A stretch of DNA of 43,114 nucleotides from a virus (lineage: Duplodnaviria > Caudoviricetes). Below, in pieces: positions 34,029 to 43,111 of the stretch. Both the position numbers and the translations under genes were made by a program. Position 1 is the first letter of the stretch; each line of letters starts with the position of its first letter. Location of the stretch: IMG/VR virus record IMGVR_UViG_3300043690_000007, positions 1 to 43,114 of that record; one strand, given 5' to 3'. The notes under the pieces were generated by a model that was not told the DNA's origin, did no database searches, and saw nothing but the letters and a program-made list of their open reading frames with translations.

Positions 34029-36179
34029 TCACATACGGCGCGGCATGGACAGCGGCATTTGCTGCGGCGTCAGCGCGCCGGGCGGCTGCTTCATGGCGTG
34101 GGGTCCGGCGGGGGAGGCACCCGGCTGCGGCGCACCGGCACCGGGGCCACCGCCACCACCCTGCGGGCCCTGCGGCATCTGCGGCTGCTGGGCCATCTGC
34201 TTCTGCTCCAGCTGCTGCATGTGCGCCATCATGTGGACGCGGATCGTGCCGTGGATGTCGGGGATCGTCTGCATCAGCTGCTGGTGGGCCTGCAGGTGCT
34301 GGATGTCGTTGTCGAGCGGCGATACCGGCACCGTGAAGCCGTCCGCCAGCATGACATTCTCCTCCATCGGGTCGATGCCCATCATGTCGGTGATGTCTTC
34401 AAAGATCAGCGGCGCGAGGCGCGGGCCGTAGACGTTCTCGACCGCCCGCTCGATGATCGGGATCAGGTTGATCTTGCGGCCCGGCAGAAGCTGCGGCGGG
34501 ATGTTGGTCAGCACGTTCATGAAGCCGATCTGCTGCTGGACCTGCTGGGCGTTCCGCGCCGCCTCGACCCCGACCCAGCGGAACCAATACCGCGTGTCCA
34601 TCTGCAGCGGATCGACCTGCTGCATCAAGGCCTTACGCCCCTGATTGCCGTACATTTTGACCAGCAACGCCCTGTCGCGGAACTGCGTGTCGTACCACGC
34701 AAACCGCTGCACCACCTTGGTCAGCACGCTCTCAGCCGACGTGACCACGTCCGCCGTCGTCAGGATATCGACCTGCTGCTCCTGCGCCACTTCGGCTTGG
34801 TTCATCTTGCGCCGACCGCCGGTCTGGCCGGGGATCATGGACGGGTTGACGCCCAGCGTCTGGAAGACCTGTTGCCTGCAGGCGTTGATGACTTCGAACC
34901 CATCCTTCCAGAGCTGCGGCATATTCACGAACTGGGTGGCGTTCGGGTCCACCTCCCAGACCGCCGCCAAGTCCATGACCATGCTCCCAAGGCGGGGGTT
35001 CCGCATCGGGTCGGTCATGACGATAGGCATCATGGCGTAGGTGGCCGAGTCGAACGACTGGTTGCAGATATCGTTCGCCGCATACTGCCACTTGATCGCG
35101 GCCTTGACGGGCGGAACGCCCTTGACCGCGCCCGACATTTTCTCGACCGGCTCGCTGATCAGCGGGCAGAGGTTGCACCAATAGGGATTTTGCTTGACGC
35201 CCAAGATCAGATCAGGGCGACCCATGTAGGCCCGGCACAGGCGTTTCTCGCCGTCCACCTTCAGCTTGGTCCACACCTCATAGATCAGCGCGTACTTGCC
35301 CGCCGACACGATGCCCGCTTGGGCATTGTGCTTCTTGGCCATGTCGGTGCGCTGCTTGTCCTGCTCCAGCGCGTCGATCAGCTCCTCGCCGCGCGCCTTG
35401 ATGATCTCGCCGTCTTTGATCATCCGCTTGATGTCGTTTTTCGTCCAGCGCCGCAGAATGGTCACGGAACCACCGCGATTGATCGCATCGTCGCTGTCGA
35501 GCGCCGTGTGCGGCAGGATCATCACGTCGATGTCGGAAATCGCCTCGACGGTCGGCACCATGGACGGCACGGTGACAAACTCGACATCGGGCTCTGCAGG
35601 GCCCCCGTCGATATCGACCCCGTGCAGCTGCATCGGGCGCTCGACCTTGTAGGCCACGTCACGCTCGAACTCATTCCACCCGACATAGAGGTTCCACTGC
35701 CCCTCCAGATCGCCGTTCACAAACATGGTCGGCACGACCAGAGAGCGCAGCTTCGACGCCTCGATGTAGTGTTCGAGGATCGCCGTCCATTCGTTGGGCG
35801 CGTGGCCGTCAGGCGTGATCACCTCGACCGCGTGGCCGTTCGCCGGAAACACCTGATTGGTAAAGCGCGTCTTGCGCGCCTTCACCGCGTCGTGGATCAG
35901 TGGAACGTAGACTTCAGCGTTGCCCTGGTAGGACTGATTGGTATTCTCGTCGCAGTTGTAGGCCTCGGCGTAGTCCACCTGGGCATTAACCCGCTGGGCG
36001 CTGTCCTTGAAACCTTTGTCGATACTCTCGTATAGCTCGGTCAGAGCCTCCTCAATGGACTTTTTCTTGCCCAATTCGGCGTTGAGCGGGGTGCGCTTCT
36101 TGCCGTTTACTTCCATGTCAGCGCGCGGAATGTCCTCGTCGTCCTGCTGGGCGGCGTCGTACTGTTCCGGTGTGAGCAT
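34029..36179 (-). CDS. Portal protein (P22-like size)
   Basis: 716 aa directly after TerL; YVPLIHDAV, IYEVW, AIKWQYAANDI..DS; Gln/Pro-rich tail. Confidence 0.88.
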   Translation of the reverse strand: MLTPEQYDAAQQDDEDIPRADMEVNGKKRTPLNAELGKKKSIEEALTELYESIDKGFKDSAQRVNAQVDYAEAYNCDENTNQSYQGNAEVYVPLIHDAVKARKTRFTNQVFPANGHAVEVITPDGHAPNEWTAILEHYIEASKLRSLVVPTMFVNGDLEGQWNLYVGWNEFERDVAYKVERPMQLHGVDIDGGPAEPDVEFVTVPSMVPTVEAISDIDVMILPHTALDSDDAINRGGSVTILRRWTKNDIKRMIKDGEIIKARGEELIDALEQDKQRTDMAKKHNAQAGIVSAGKYALIYEVWTKLKVDGEKRLCRAYMGRPDLILGVKQNPYWCNLCPLISEPVEKMSGAVKGVPPVKAAIKWQYAANDICNQSFDSATYAMMPIVMTDPMRNPRLGSMVMDLAAVWEVDPNATQFVNMPQLWKDGFEVINACRQQVFQTLGVNPSMIPGQTGGRRKMNQAEVAQEQQVDILTTADVVTSAESVLTKVVQRFAWYDTQFRDRALLVKMYGNQGRKALMQQVDPLQMDTRYWFRWVGVEAARNAQQVQQQIGFMNVLTNIPPQLLPGRKINLIPIIERAVENVYGPRLAPLIFEDITDMMGIDPMEENVMLADGFTVPVSPLDNDIQHLQAHQQLMQTIPDIHGTIRVHMMAHMQQLEQKQMAQQPQMPQGPQGGGGGPGAGAPQPGASPAGPHAMKQPPGALTPQQMPLSMPRRM

Positions 36180-38204
36180 CTAGCGCCTCCGTGACGGCAT
36201 GGTACTCGCGTACCGGGTGCCGTCACCGCGCGTACGGTAGTTCCTCTCATCCTGGCCCTCAGCATTGAGGGTCATAAGTCCTGCAAAGGCTTCGATGGCC
36301 TCTATCAGCACACGATATGGGCCTTCCTCCGCGAAGTCAGCAAGATTTCCGTTGCGGAGCAGCACGCGGGCATAGCCGGACGCCATGCCGTTCAGCACCC
36401 AGTGCGCGTTTTCGTCGATTTGCACGTCCGCGAAGCCCCTGGATCGGCGCTGCAGCAGCTCGCGGATCATGCCGCGCCCCATGGCGGGCTCAGTGCCGGT
36501 CGTAATCTCGATGCCGACGCGGATTGCCGCTTGCACAAGCCCGACATTGTTGTGCTGGTTGAAATGATGCGGCGCGCAAATGTAGCGGAGCCCCCGGCGA
36601 CCGCTTTCCAGCGCCGCTTCGTCGATAATGTCGCGCAAAATCGCGCCCGGCTCGCCTTCGCGAACCCAGTCGGCATAGACCCGCATCTGTCCGGCGACGA
36701 ACTGCATCAACGCCCCGGTTACCACACCTGATCCGGCCCCCAAGGCGAGGTACATGGCGCGGTCGGCACGCGGGAGATCGTGCTGGACGTGATCACCGCT
36801 GAAGTCGTCGTACATCGGAGCGCCGGGGCGCATGGTCTGGGCGTAGGCCAGCGCGTTCGGGATGTCGATCCGGCCCTGCGGGAAGCCCAAGAACTGGCTC
36901 ACCAAGTCAGGCAGGGGCTTGGCGAATACCAGTTCCCGCGCCGCTGCATAGGTCTGCAGCCCTCGGATGAAATCCATCTTGCCCTTGGGCGCTTTCATCC
37001 GCTTGATCGGCAGGATCGTGCTGCGGAGAAGCTGTTGCTGCCGGATCGGCTGCATCAACCACTCGTTCAGGCCGTCTTCTTCGACCCCCAAAAAGACCGG
37101 GTGGTGGTTGTCGTTCTCGTTGAACAGGCTGTCCAAGATTTCATTGGGCATGAGCAACTTGCCCCAGGCGTCCCAGACCACGATTTTCGGGCCGACATAG
37201 CTCCAGGCGGCGAAGCCGGTCATCGCAGACTTCGCGCCGACCGTGCGCGCGGGGTCAAACATGCAATAGACGGACTGCCACGTCCGCACGATGGGCTCGA
37301 CGCGGAACATATCCTTGGAGAACGACTTGTCGCTCTCGCTCTCGACCTTCAGCATGTACTCCACCATGAAATCGCGCAGCCGTCCGACGCGCTCGTAGGT
37401 CTTGCGCCGCCGGTCGATCCAGTCGAGCGGGTAGCGGTCAGGCCATGTGGCCTGCCGCTTGCCGTCTTTGTCGATGTATTCGATGGGGTAGGCGAGCGCC
37501 GTCCACTCCGACTGGACGCCCTCGACCTTGGCCTGCTCGATGTCGGCCTTCACCATGCCCATCACGTCGAGCAACTCGCGGTGGGTGCCGTTCATGATGA
37601 TCGTTGCGTCGGGATCGAGCGCCGGGATCAGGGTCGCCAGCAGCCATTTGTGGACGCCCTTGCGCTGCGTCTCGTTCAACCGCTCCTCGGCCTTCTCCAG
37701 ATCGTCAATCAGGACAAGATCAGGACGCCAGTCGCGGAATTTGATGCCGAGCATGGACTGGCCACGCCCGATGGCCAGTATTCGCAGGCCGTTGGACAGT
37801 ACAATTTCCTTATCACCCCAGACCGGCCCCTTCAGATTGCCGAACGTCTCGATGAATAGTTCATTGTTAGTGATGTGGTTCTTGATCGCGTCCAGGCGCT
37901 CTGCCGCCAAGTCTTCGCGAGCGCCGACGATCAGACAGTTGTGATATTCCTCGAACCCGCTCTTGAGGGCGATGGCCTCCTCGGCGTCGGTCGATTTGCC
38001 CAAGCCACGGAAGCCCTCCACCAAGAGGTAGGGCGTCGGCGGGTGGTGCAGGTGTGTGATCAGCTGGTGCCCGGCGGGCGGGGTCTTGTGCCGATGGTTG
38101 AACAGCACCCGATGCGCGAGCGGGCGGTCCTCAAAGAACGCCCGCAGCTCGTCGTCATCATCCTGGGGTGCGGGTGTGGCCGTATTTTCCCCGTAGCTCG
38201 TCAT
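36180..38204 (-). CDS. terL: Terminase large subunit with C-terminal extension
   Basis: Walker A GFRGLGKST, Walker B LVLIDDLE, MNGT coupling motif, nuclease FDPA..VEEDG..DIPNAL. Confidence 0.92.
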   Translation of the reverse strand: MTSYGENTATPAPQDDDDELRAFFEDRPLAHRVLFNHRHKTPPAGHQLITHLHHPPTPYLLVEGFRGLGKSTDAEEAIALKSGFEEYHNCLIVGAREDLAAERLDAIKNHITNNELFIETFGNLKGPVWGDKEIVLSNGLRILAIGRGQSMLGIKFRDWRPDLVLIDDLEKAEERLNETQRKGVHKWLLATLIPALDPDATIIMNGTHRELLDVMGMVKADIEQAKVEGVQSEWTALAYPIEYIDKDGKRQATWPDRYPLDWIDRRRKTYERVGRLRDFMVEYMLKVESESDKSFSKDMFRVEPIVRTWQSVYCMFDPARTVGAKSAMTGFAAWSYVGPKIVVWDAWGKLLMPNEILDSLFNENDNHHPVFLGVEEDGLNEWLMQPIRQQQLLRSTILPIKRMKAPKGKMDFIRGLQTYAAARELVFAKPLPDLVSQFLGFPQGRIDIPNALAYAQTMRPGAPMYDDFSGDHVQHDLPRADRAMYLALGAGSGVVTGALMQFVAGQMRVYADWVREGEPGAILRDIIDEAALESGRRGLRYICAPHHFNQHNNVGLVQAAIRVGIEITTGTEPAMGRGMIRELLQRRSRGFADVQIDENAHWVLNGMASGYARVLLRNGNLADFAEEGPYRVLIEAIEAFAGLMTLNAEGQDERNYRTRGDGTRYASTMPSRRR

Positions 38205-38385
38205 TGATGTAAGAACCTGGGCTGTCGGTTTCCTTCAACCCATCGAAGTGTTCCTGCTCGACCCCGCTGTAGACGTAGGTGCCGCCACGGTTGAACGTGA
38301 CGTGCAGCTCCTTCTTCTCGGGGTCGTACATGAAGTGCCTCACGTTCGACGAATAGGGGGTTTGGTGCCTGAGTTTGGCGGTCAC
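38158..38385 (-). CDS. KTSC domain protein
   Basis: SSNV..YDPEKKELHVTFNRGGTYVYSGV..SPGSYINDELRGKY. Confidence 0.92.
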   Translation of the reverse strand: MTAKLRHQTPYSSNVRHFMYDPEKKELHVTFNRGGTYVYSGVEQEHFDGLKETDSPGSYINDELRGKYGHTRTPG

Positions 38386-38780
38386 AGCAGGGGCGCGACC
38401 GCCACGCCGATCTTCACGGCGTCAATCGCCAGCGGCAAATAGGTCAGCAACCATGCCGCACTGTTGCCGCTATTGGTCGCCGTCACCGGCTTGGTGTCGT
38501 TTGCCGCCAACTGTGATTGGCCTTCCCTGCTGCAGCTCGCGGCTGCGATGGTCTGATACCCCCGGACCTGTGCCAGCGCCCCACCTTTGGCCTGCGCTGC
38601 CGCCGCCGCTAACCCGGCTGTTACCACCGGGCACGCCACCGCTACCGCCTTGGCCGCATCCGGCGATGCCGCTGCCGCCACGGTAGTCGCCGTCGCTACC
38701 ACCGGGGCCGCTGTTTGGAGCTGGGCCGGGCTGCACGCCGTCAACAGGAGGGCGGATAAGAGGATGGTGCGTGACATCAT
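38382..38780 (-). CDS. Lipoprotein
   Basis: MSRTILLSALLLTA-C lipobox; hydrophobic C-terminus. Confidence 0.8.
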   Translation of the reverse strand: MMSRTILLSALLLTACSPAQLQTAAPVVATATTVAAAASPDAAKAVAVACPVVTAGLAAAAAQAKGGALAQVRGYQTIAAASCSREGQSQLAANDTKPVTATNSGNSAAWLLTYLPLAIDAVKIGVAVAPLL

Positions 38781-39057
38781 TCGGGTTGGTCCTTTCGCGG
38801 AAGCCGATGAAGAAAGCCTCTGTGTGGTCGTTCTCGCCCCACAGTAGATCGTAATCGGGCACCACCTCGCCCTCCCGCACCTCGCGGAACACGACGCCGG
38901 TCGCGACGTACTCGAAATGCTGCCGGTCGAAGCGGCACTCGCAGCGGATCACGATCAGGCCCTGCATGACCTGCAGGATCAGATCGCGGTCGTGCTTCAT
39001 GGCATTGAAGCTGATGGTGAAGCGGCCCCGCCGGGGGTCAGGCCCAAAGTCGAACAT
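38470..39057 (-). CDS. Hypothetical phage protein (C-terminal half overlaps lipoprotein gene)
   Basis: TGATG coupling; first ~90 aa globular-looking (IVIRCE..FEYVA..GEVVPDY). Confidence 0.65.
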   Translation of the reverse strand: MFDFGPDPRRGRFTISFNAMKHDRDLILQVMQGLIVIRCECRFDRQHFEYVATGVVFREVREGEVVPDYDLLWGENDHTEAFFIGFRERTNPNDVTHHPLIRPPVDGVQPGPAPNSGPGGSDGDYRGGSGIAGCGQGGSGGVPGGNSRVSGGGSAGQRWGAGTGPGVSDHRSRELQQGRPITVGGKRHQAGDGDQ

Positions 39058-39314
39058 CAGGCGCTCCCCTGCGTCTCGTGCAGGGTGATCGCCTCGGCGT
39101 TGCCCTGCTCAATGTTGCGCTTGATCAGCTGCATCGCCCGCTCGGTCGTCATCGTGCGCTGGTCCTGAAAGGCCAGCACCCGACCGACGACATTGGCCGT
39201 CAGCGCCAGCAGCTCCTCGGCGCTGAGATCACCGACGTGCTTCTTCATCAGCGCAGAGAACGCCAGATGGAAGGCCTGATGCGCCGGGTTCGGCTCGATC
39301 ACCTTGACCTTCAT
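39057..39314 (-). CDS. Hypothetical protein
   Basis: ATGA coupling at 39314; helical. Confidence 0.7.
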   Translation of the reverse strand: MKVKVIEPNPAHQAFHLAFSALMKKHVGDLSAEELLALTANVVGRVLAFQDQRTMTTERAMQLIKRNIEQGNAEAITLHETQGSA

Positions 39315-39604
39315 TCCGACCACCCAAGTTCACCCACAGAAGGCGTTTCCCGCTCGGGAACGAGTGTGTATCCGTCCTCGAACACCTTCTGGGGTGACCA
39401 TGAAATGTAGCCGTCGTCGTAGGCGACGATGTAGTCCAGCAGCGACGGCACGCCACGGGCGCACAACCCGCTGCCGACGCAGCTGCGGAAGATCGCCCCG
39501 TCGTCGCAGCGCATGGCCACCACGTCACCGTTGTTGGCGGGCTCGATCACGATGTCGATGATCTGGGTCGCCCGCACATGCTTATGGCAGAGATAATCCT
39601 TCAT
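39311..39604 (-). CDS. Conserved-type phage protein
   Basis: DYIVAYDDGYISWSPQKVFEDGY motif; GAGG RBS. Confidence 0.75.
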   Translation of the reverse strand: MKDYLCHKHVRATQIIDIVIEPANNGDVVAMRCDDGAIFRSCVGSGLCARGVPSLLDYIVAYDDGYISWSPQKVFEDGYTLVPERETPSVGELGWSE

Positions 39605-39768
39605 GGTGCCTCGCTCCTCAGCTCTAGCTCGTACAGCGCCTCCAGCTTGGCCGCTGCCTCACGCAGCGCCTTGGCCCGGTAGCTCAGCGCCTCGATCTCC
39701 GCCGCCAACGCCATCGCCTTGACGATCTGGAAGCTGGCGGCGATGCCCTCACGGTAGGACCGGCTCAT
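39601..39768 (-). CDS. Hypothetical protein
   Basis: ATGA coupling on both sides. Confidence 0.6.
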   Translation of the reverse strand: MSRSYREGIAASFQIVKAMALAAEIEALSYRAKALREAAAKLEALYELELRSEAP

Positions 39769-39974
39769 CCCCAGTTGCCGCCCCGCTGGTTGTACGCCAC
39801 CCGCACCGCGTCGAACACATAGCGCCACTCGGCCTCCAGCGGATGCTCGCCAAACAGCGCCGCCAGCATCTTGAACACCCGGTCTTTGACAAACTCCTGC
39901 TCGGCCTCTTGTGCGGCCTCCAAGGTGGCGTAGGTGTTGCCGTTGGTCGAGAGCACATGCCCAGAGCGGATCAC
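39765..39974 (-). CDS. Hypothetical protein
   Basis: GTGA coupling, GGAG RBS. Confidence 0.65.
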   Translation of the reverse strand: MIRSGHVLSTNGNTYATLEAAQEAEQEFVKDRVFKMLAALFGEHPLEAEWRYVFDAVRVAYNQRGGNWG

Positions 39975-40297
39975 GGCTTGCGCTCCAAGATCACCTCGAT
40001 CCGGTCGCCGTCATGGGCTTCGACCGTCACCAGCCCGTGCCGGATGTAATGCTCAAACTCCGCCGCGATCTTGACCACCGACATGGTGGACGACTGGGTG
40101 AGTTCTTTGCCGTCCATCTTGAGCGCGTTGTAGAGCTGCGCGTCCTTGACGATGGTCTCGGTGTGATACTTGGTCGCCAGCATCAGCGCCGTCACCCGAC
40201 AACCCTCCTCCGGGGAGAGGCCGAGCGGCGCATCAAGCACCGCATCAACCCCCGTATCCACCAGATCGGGATCACGAAATTCGTTGATCTCGTTCAT
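39971..40297 (-). CDS. Hypothetical protein
   Basis: ATGA coupling, GGAG RBS. Confidence 0.7.
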   Translation of the reverse strand: MNEINEFRDPDLVDTGVDAVLDAPLGLSPEEGCRVTALMLATKYHTETIVKDAQLYNALKMDGKELTQSSTMSVVKIAAEFEHYIRHGLVTVEAHDGDRIEVILERKP

Positions 40298-40641
40298 GCG
40301 GGCTCCACGTCGCTCGGCGTGTCTACAGTGGCGGCGTGTTCGTCACCCACACGTACGTCATCACCGGACGCCACGTCCACCACGTCAGCGTGAAACGTCG
40401 GGTCCGCCACAGGAGCCCCCTCGTGCAGCTCACGGCCAGCCGCTGCTTCAGCATCCGCCACCCCCGTCTCCGCCGCAATCGCCGCGTTCCCCGGCACCGG
40501 GTCCGCCACCACGTTGATGTTCCCCGCCACGAACTGCAGCAGGTGCGTCATCAGATAGTCCAGCTGCTGGAAATTCGTCGGCACGTTGCCGCCCGTGATC
40601 GCCCGCAGCTCGGCCCGGTACTTCGCTAAAATCTCGTCCAT
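40294..40641 (-). CDS. Hypothetical protein, first gene of leftward late unit
   Basis: GGAGGGG RBS before ATG at 40641. Confidence 0.7.
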   Translation of the reverse strand: MDEILAKYRAELRAITGGNVPTNFQQLDYLMTHLLQFVAGNINVVADPVPGNAAIAAETGVADAEAAAGRELHEGAPVADPTFHADVVDVASGDDVRVGDEHAATVDTPSDVEPA

Positions 40642-40806
40642 CACCCCTCCCAAAACGGCCCCCACGCCGGATGTGACAACGTGAGGGCCTTCAAGTCTGA
40701 CTATAGGGATCAAGTGCCCGGCCAACGACAACCGCCAGCCACAGACACACACATGGGGTACCACGAGGGAGGTAGTCTCGCAAGCGGGAATGTTTTCTGG
40801 CGAGCG

Positions 40807-40907
40807 CAGAATTTTCGGAGGTGACCGCCAAACTATCAAACCCGCCCGGCCACCTATCAAATCTCGCGAACGGGAGGAAAAGCTGGGGTGACCAGAATTT
40901 TCGGAGG
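40807..40907 (+). repeat. 15-bp direct repeat CAGAATTTTCGGAGG x2
   Basis: Copies at 40807-40821 and 40893-40907; CTATCAAA twice between them. Confidence 0.8.
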
Positions 40908-41079
40908 CGGGGTCGAAATTTTTCCTTGGCCCCGGCCCCGGCCCCCCTCCCCCGAACGGAGTAGCCCGACCGGCTACCGAGCCCGCCGCCTACCCCTTTC
41001 GAGGTAAGCCGGGGGAGCTACCGCCGACGCGACTGCGGATACACGCCAGAGTTGCGGGATACCCCCTCCCTGGCCAGTC

Positions 41080-41107
41080 ATTTTCCATAATAAATCTTAT
41101 GGTGTCG
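41080..41107 (-). other. dif-like XerCD recombination site
   Basis: Minus strand CGACACCATAA-GATTTA-TTATGGAAAAT: 11-6-11 layout with CATAA/TTATG inner palindrome. Confidence 0.7.
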
Positions 41108-41120
41108 GACTATCCAGCAA

Positions 41121-41133
41121 GATCAAGCACTTA
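41121..41133 (+). promoter_or_regulatory. IHF-like binding site
   Basis: GATCAAGCACTTA vs WATCAANNNNTTR (one mismatch). Confidence 0.5.
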
Positions 41134-41487
41134 GCTCTACACCCTAGAGTTGAGCAAGTGGCACTACCAGTAATAGTGGCTCCTCTCATGTTCTGTCAGC
41201 CAATCGGAGTAACTCCTCCGCATAGGCTCCGGTGCCCTGGCTCGCCAGCCAGCGGAGGATCGTCCTGGCGTCCTGCTGGGCTCGCTGGCGCTCCAGGCGC
41301 TCGGCGGCGCGACCAACCGGCGGCGACCCTTCGTCCTGCAATCGCACCTCCCTTCCCAACGCGCGCTCGTGCGCTCGTGCGCCTGACGCCTGCGCGGCCA
41401 TGCACGCTAGTGCCATTAGGCACCGGCCTATCCCTGAGTGTCGGCCCGCCTAATTGGCGGCGTGCCTCCGATCTGATGGGCCTGACG

Positions 41488-41589
41488 GCCAACAGCCTTC
41501 CTGGCTCCCAGGTCGGAGGGCTTGCGGCCCAGGTGGCTGGTCCGGTCCCTCCGACAACAGCCCACCAAACAGCCAACAGCCTTCCTGGC
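41488..41589 (+). repeat. 18-bp direct repeat GCCAACAGCCTTCCTGGC x2 plus extra AACAGCC units
   Basis: Copies at 41488-41505 and 41572-41589. Confidence 0.8.
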
Positions 41590-42111
41590 ATCCCAACCCC
41601 TGGCCAGAGCGCCGGGGGGCCACCCAGGCCCATCCGGCGACAGCGTAGGGACTGCCGCACTCACGTTGCTAGACACGGCACCCTGTAGGCCTATCGGGGG
41701 CTGCAACGTTCGTATACAGCGCGGCAGAAGGATACACCTCCCCCTACTATCCCCCTCCTCAGTTCTTCTGGGAGGGGTGCTTCCTTAACGCCGTGGGCTT
41801 GGCGGGACGTTCGGGGGCTGGGCCTAGGTCACTGACCGTTCGGCGCTATGTCCCGTACTTCCGTGTTGCGCGGCTGGTCACCCTGGAGTTGCACCATCGG
41901 TGGGGCCGGGCGGTCCAACCTGCCGTACGCAGTCACGCGGGGCGGGCTTGTGGGGGGCCGCTATATCCATCTGGCGTACGCTATCGAGCTAGCCGGCCAG
42001 GCTGGTCTGTCCGCCTATCATGGGTAAGACCGTTGAGGCTTGCAAGAGGCTTGTCTGGGCCTATTCGCGCGGTTTCCGCTTATGTCGCTTGTCGGGCCTG
42101 TGAATAAGGGC

Positions 42112-42140
42112 CTAGCAACGTTACGCAAGTTGCGCTATAT
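42112..42140 (+). promoter_or_regulatory. Putative early promoter with overlapping inverted repeat
   Basis: CTAGCA-N17-CTATAT; GCAAC-N9-GTTGC palindrome overlapping the -35 and spacer. Confidence 0.6.
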
Positions 42141-42173
42141 AGGGAGTGGGCCTTTGGAGGAGGAGCCCAGCGT

Positions 42174-42383
42174 ATGGAGCATATCCCACAAACCAATGCC
42201 CAGCGGAGCGCGGCGTTCAAACGCCGTCGCAAGGCTGAGGGCATCGTCCAGATTAACGTCCGGGTGCCTGAGCGGCACCGGGGCGCAATGCTGCTGCTCG
42301 CAGAGATGCTGCGAGACAACCCGGCCCTGGAGCTGGCCACGCTGCGGGACACCGTCAGCGGGAAGCTCGTCGGCATCAAGTGA
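42174..42383 (+). CDS. Probable ribbon-helix-helix-type DNA-binding protein
   Basis: GGAGGAGG RBS; NAQRSAAFKRRRKAEGIVQINVRVP then helix. Confidence 0.65.
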   Translation: MEHIPQTNAQRSAAFKRRRKAEGIVQINVRVPERHRGAMLLLAEMLRDNPALELATLRDTVSGKLVGIK

Positions 42384-42390
42384 GGCACAG

Positions 42391-42576
42391 ATGAAAGTCA
42401 AACAACGGTGGAAGTGGTCCAAGTGGTATGCGGCATCGGTCGCTGCCCACAATCGCGCACTGGCTCAGGGGGCGAACCCTGCGCCTGCTTACATCAACTG
42501 GCTAGTGCAGGAGCGCGGGCTGTCCCGTGCCGATGCCTACACCTTCGTAGACGCTCAGAGGAGGGCGGTAGCATGA
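42391..42576 (+). CDS. Hypothetical early protein
   Basis: GAGG RBS, ATG at 42391. Confidence 0.65.
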   Translation: MKVKQRWKWSKWYAASVAAHNRALAQGANPAPAYINWLVQERGLSRADAYTFVDAQRRAVA

Positions 42577-42803
42577 GTATGCTTAGGACTGCGTGCCGCC
42601 AATGCGTGGCACGAATGGACGCGCTGCAACTGAAGGGCACGCGCCGCGACAACGAGGCGCTGAGCTACCTGTGCGGCTTCACGGCGGCACTGGAGGCGAC
42701 GGGGCACCCAGACAAGGCACACCTTGAGCGGGTGCTTGTCATGCTGATCGCAACGCGCGGCTTCGCGGAAGTGAAGCGCACCGCTGAAGGGACCGACGAA
42801 TGA
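42573..42803 (+). CDS. Hypothetical early protein
   Basis: GAGGAGG RBS, ATGA coupling. Confidence 0.7.
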   Translation: MSMLRTACRQCVARMDALQLKGTRRDNEALSYLCGFTAALEATGHPDKAHLERVLVMLIATRGFAEVKRTAEGTDE

Positions 42804-43111
42804 GAAAGCCACTGACAAGAGCCCAGCGCGAGGCGCTCAAACGCGTCTATGACCGTGGGCCGCTCTATAATCTGCCGGTCGATGACAGGCACGACATCGC
42901 GCGCTACGTCCATCGCGGGCCGGAACAAGTGAACGCGACGGGCATAGCAGCGAGCCCACTGGGGCACGGGTCGCGCGATGGCTTCGTAAACCCGCTCACC
43001 TATCGCCAATTCCGGCGCAACGTCTACAGGCCCGGTTATGACAACTGCATCATGGTGCCATGGCTCGGTGTGTGGCTTGGCATCGAAAGGGACGGTTACA
43101 CCCACAGCTAA
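42800..43111 (+). CDS. Hypothetical early phage protein
   Basis: LTRAQREALKRVYDR..YRQFRR..WLGIERDGYTHS; TAA stop followed by CGG like other repeat-abutting genes. Confidence 0.8.
   Translation: MRKPLTRAQREALKRVYDRGPLYNLPVDDRHDIARYVHRGPEQVNATGIAASPLGHGSRDGFVNPLTYRQFRRNVYRPGYDNCIMVPWLGVWLGIERDGYTHS

Noticed and set aside
33939-36035. 698-aa + strand ORF and similar long antisense ORFs (13926, 17536, 27860, 36780)
   Set aside because: Shadow frames opposite genuine GC3-rich genes; no motifs or RBS
41158-42107. ORFs in the long intergenic region
   Set aside because: Low-complexity Pro/Arg/Gly translations without convincing RBS or coupling; 41186..41416 (-) remains possible but unsupported
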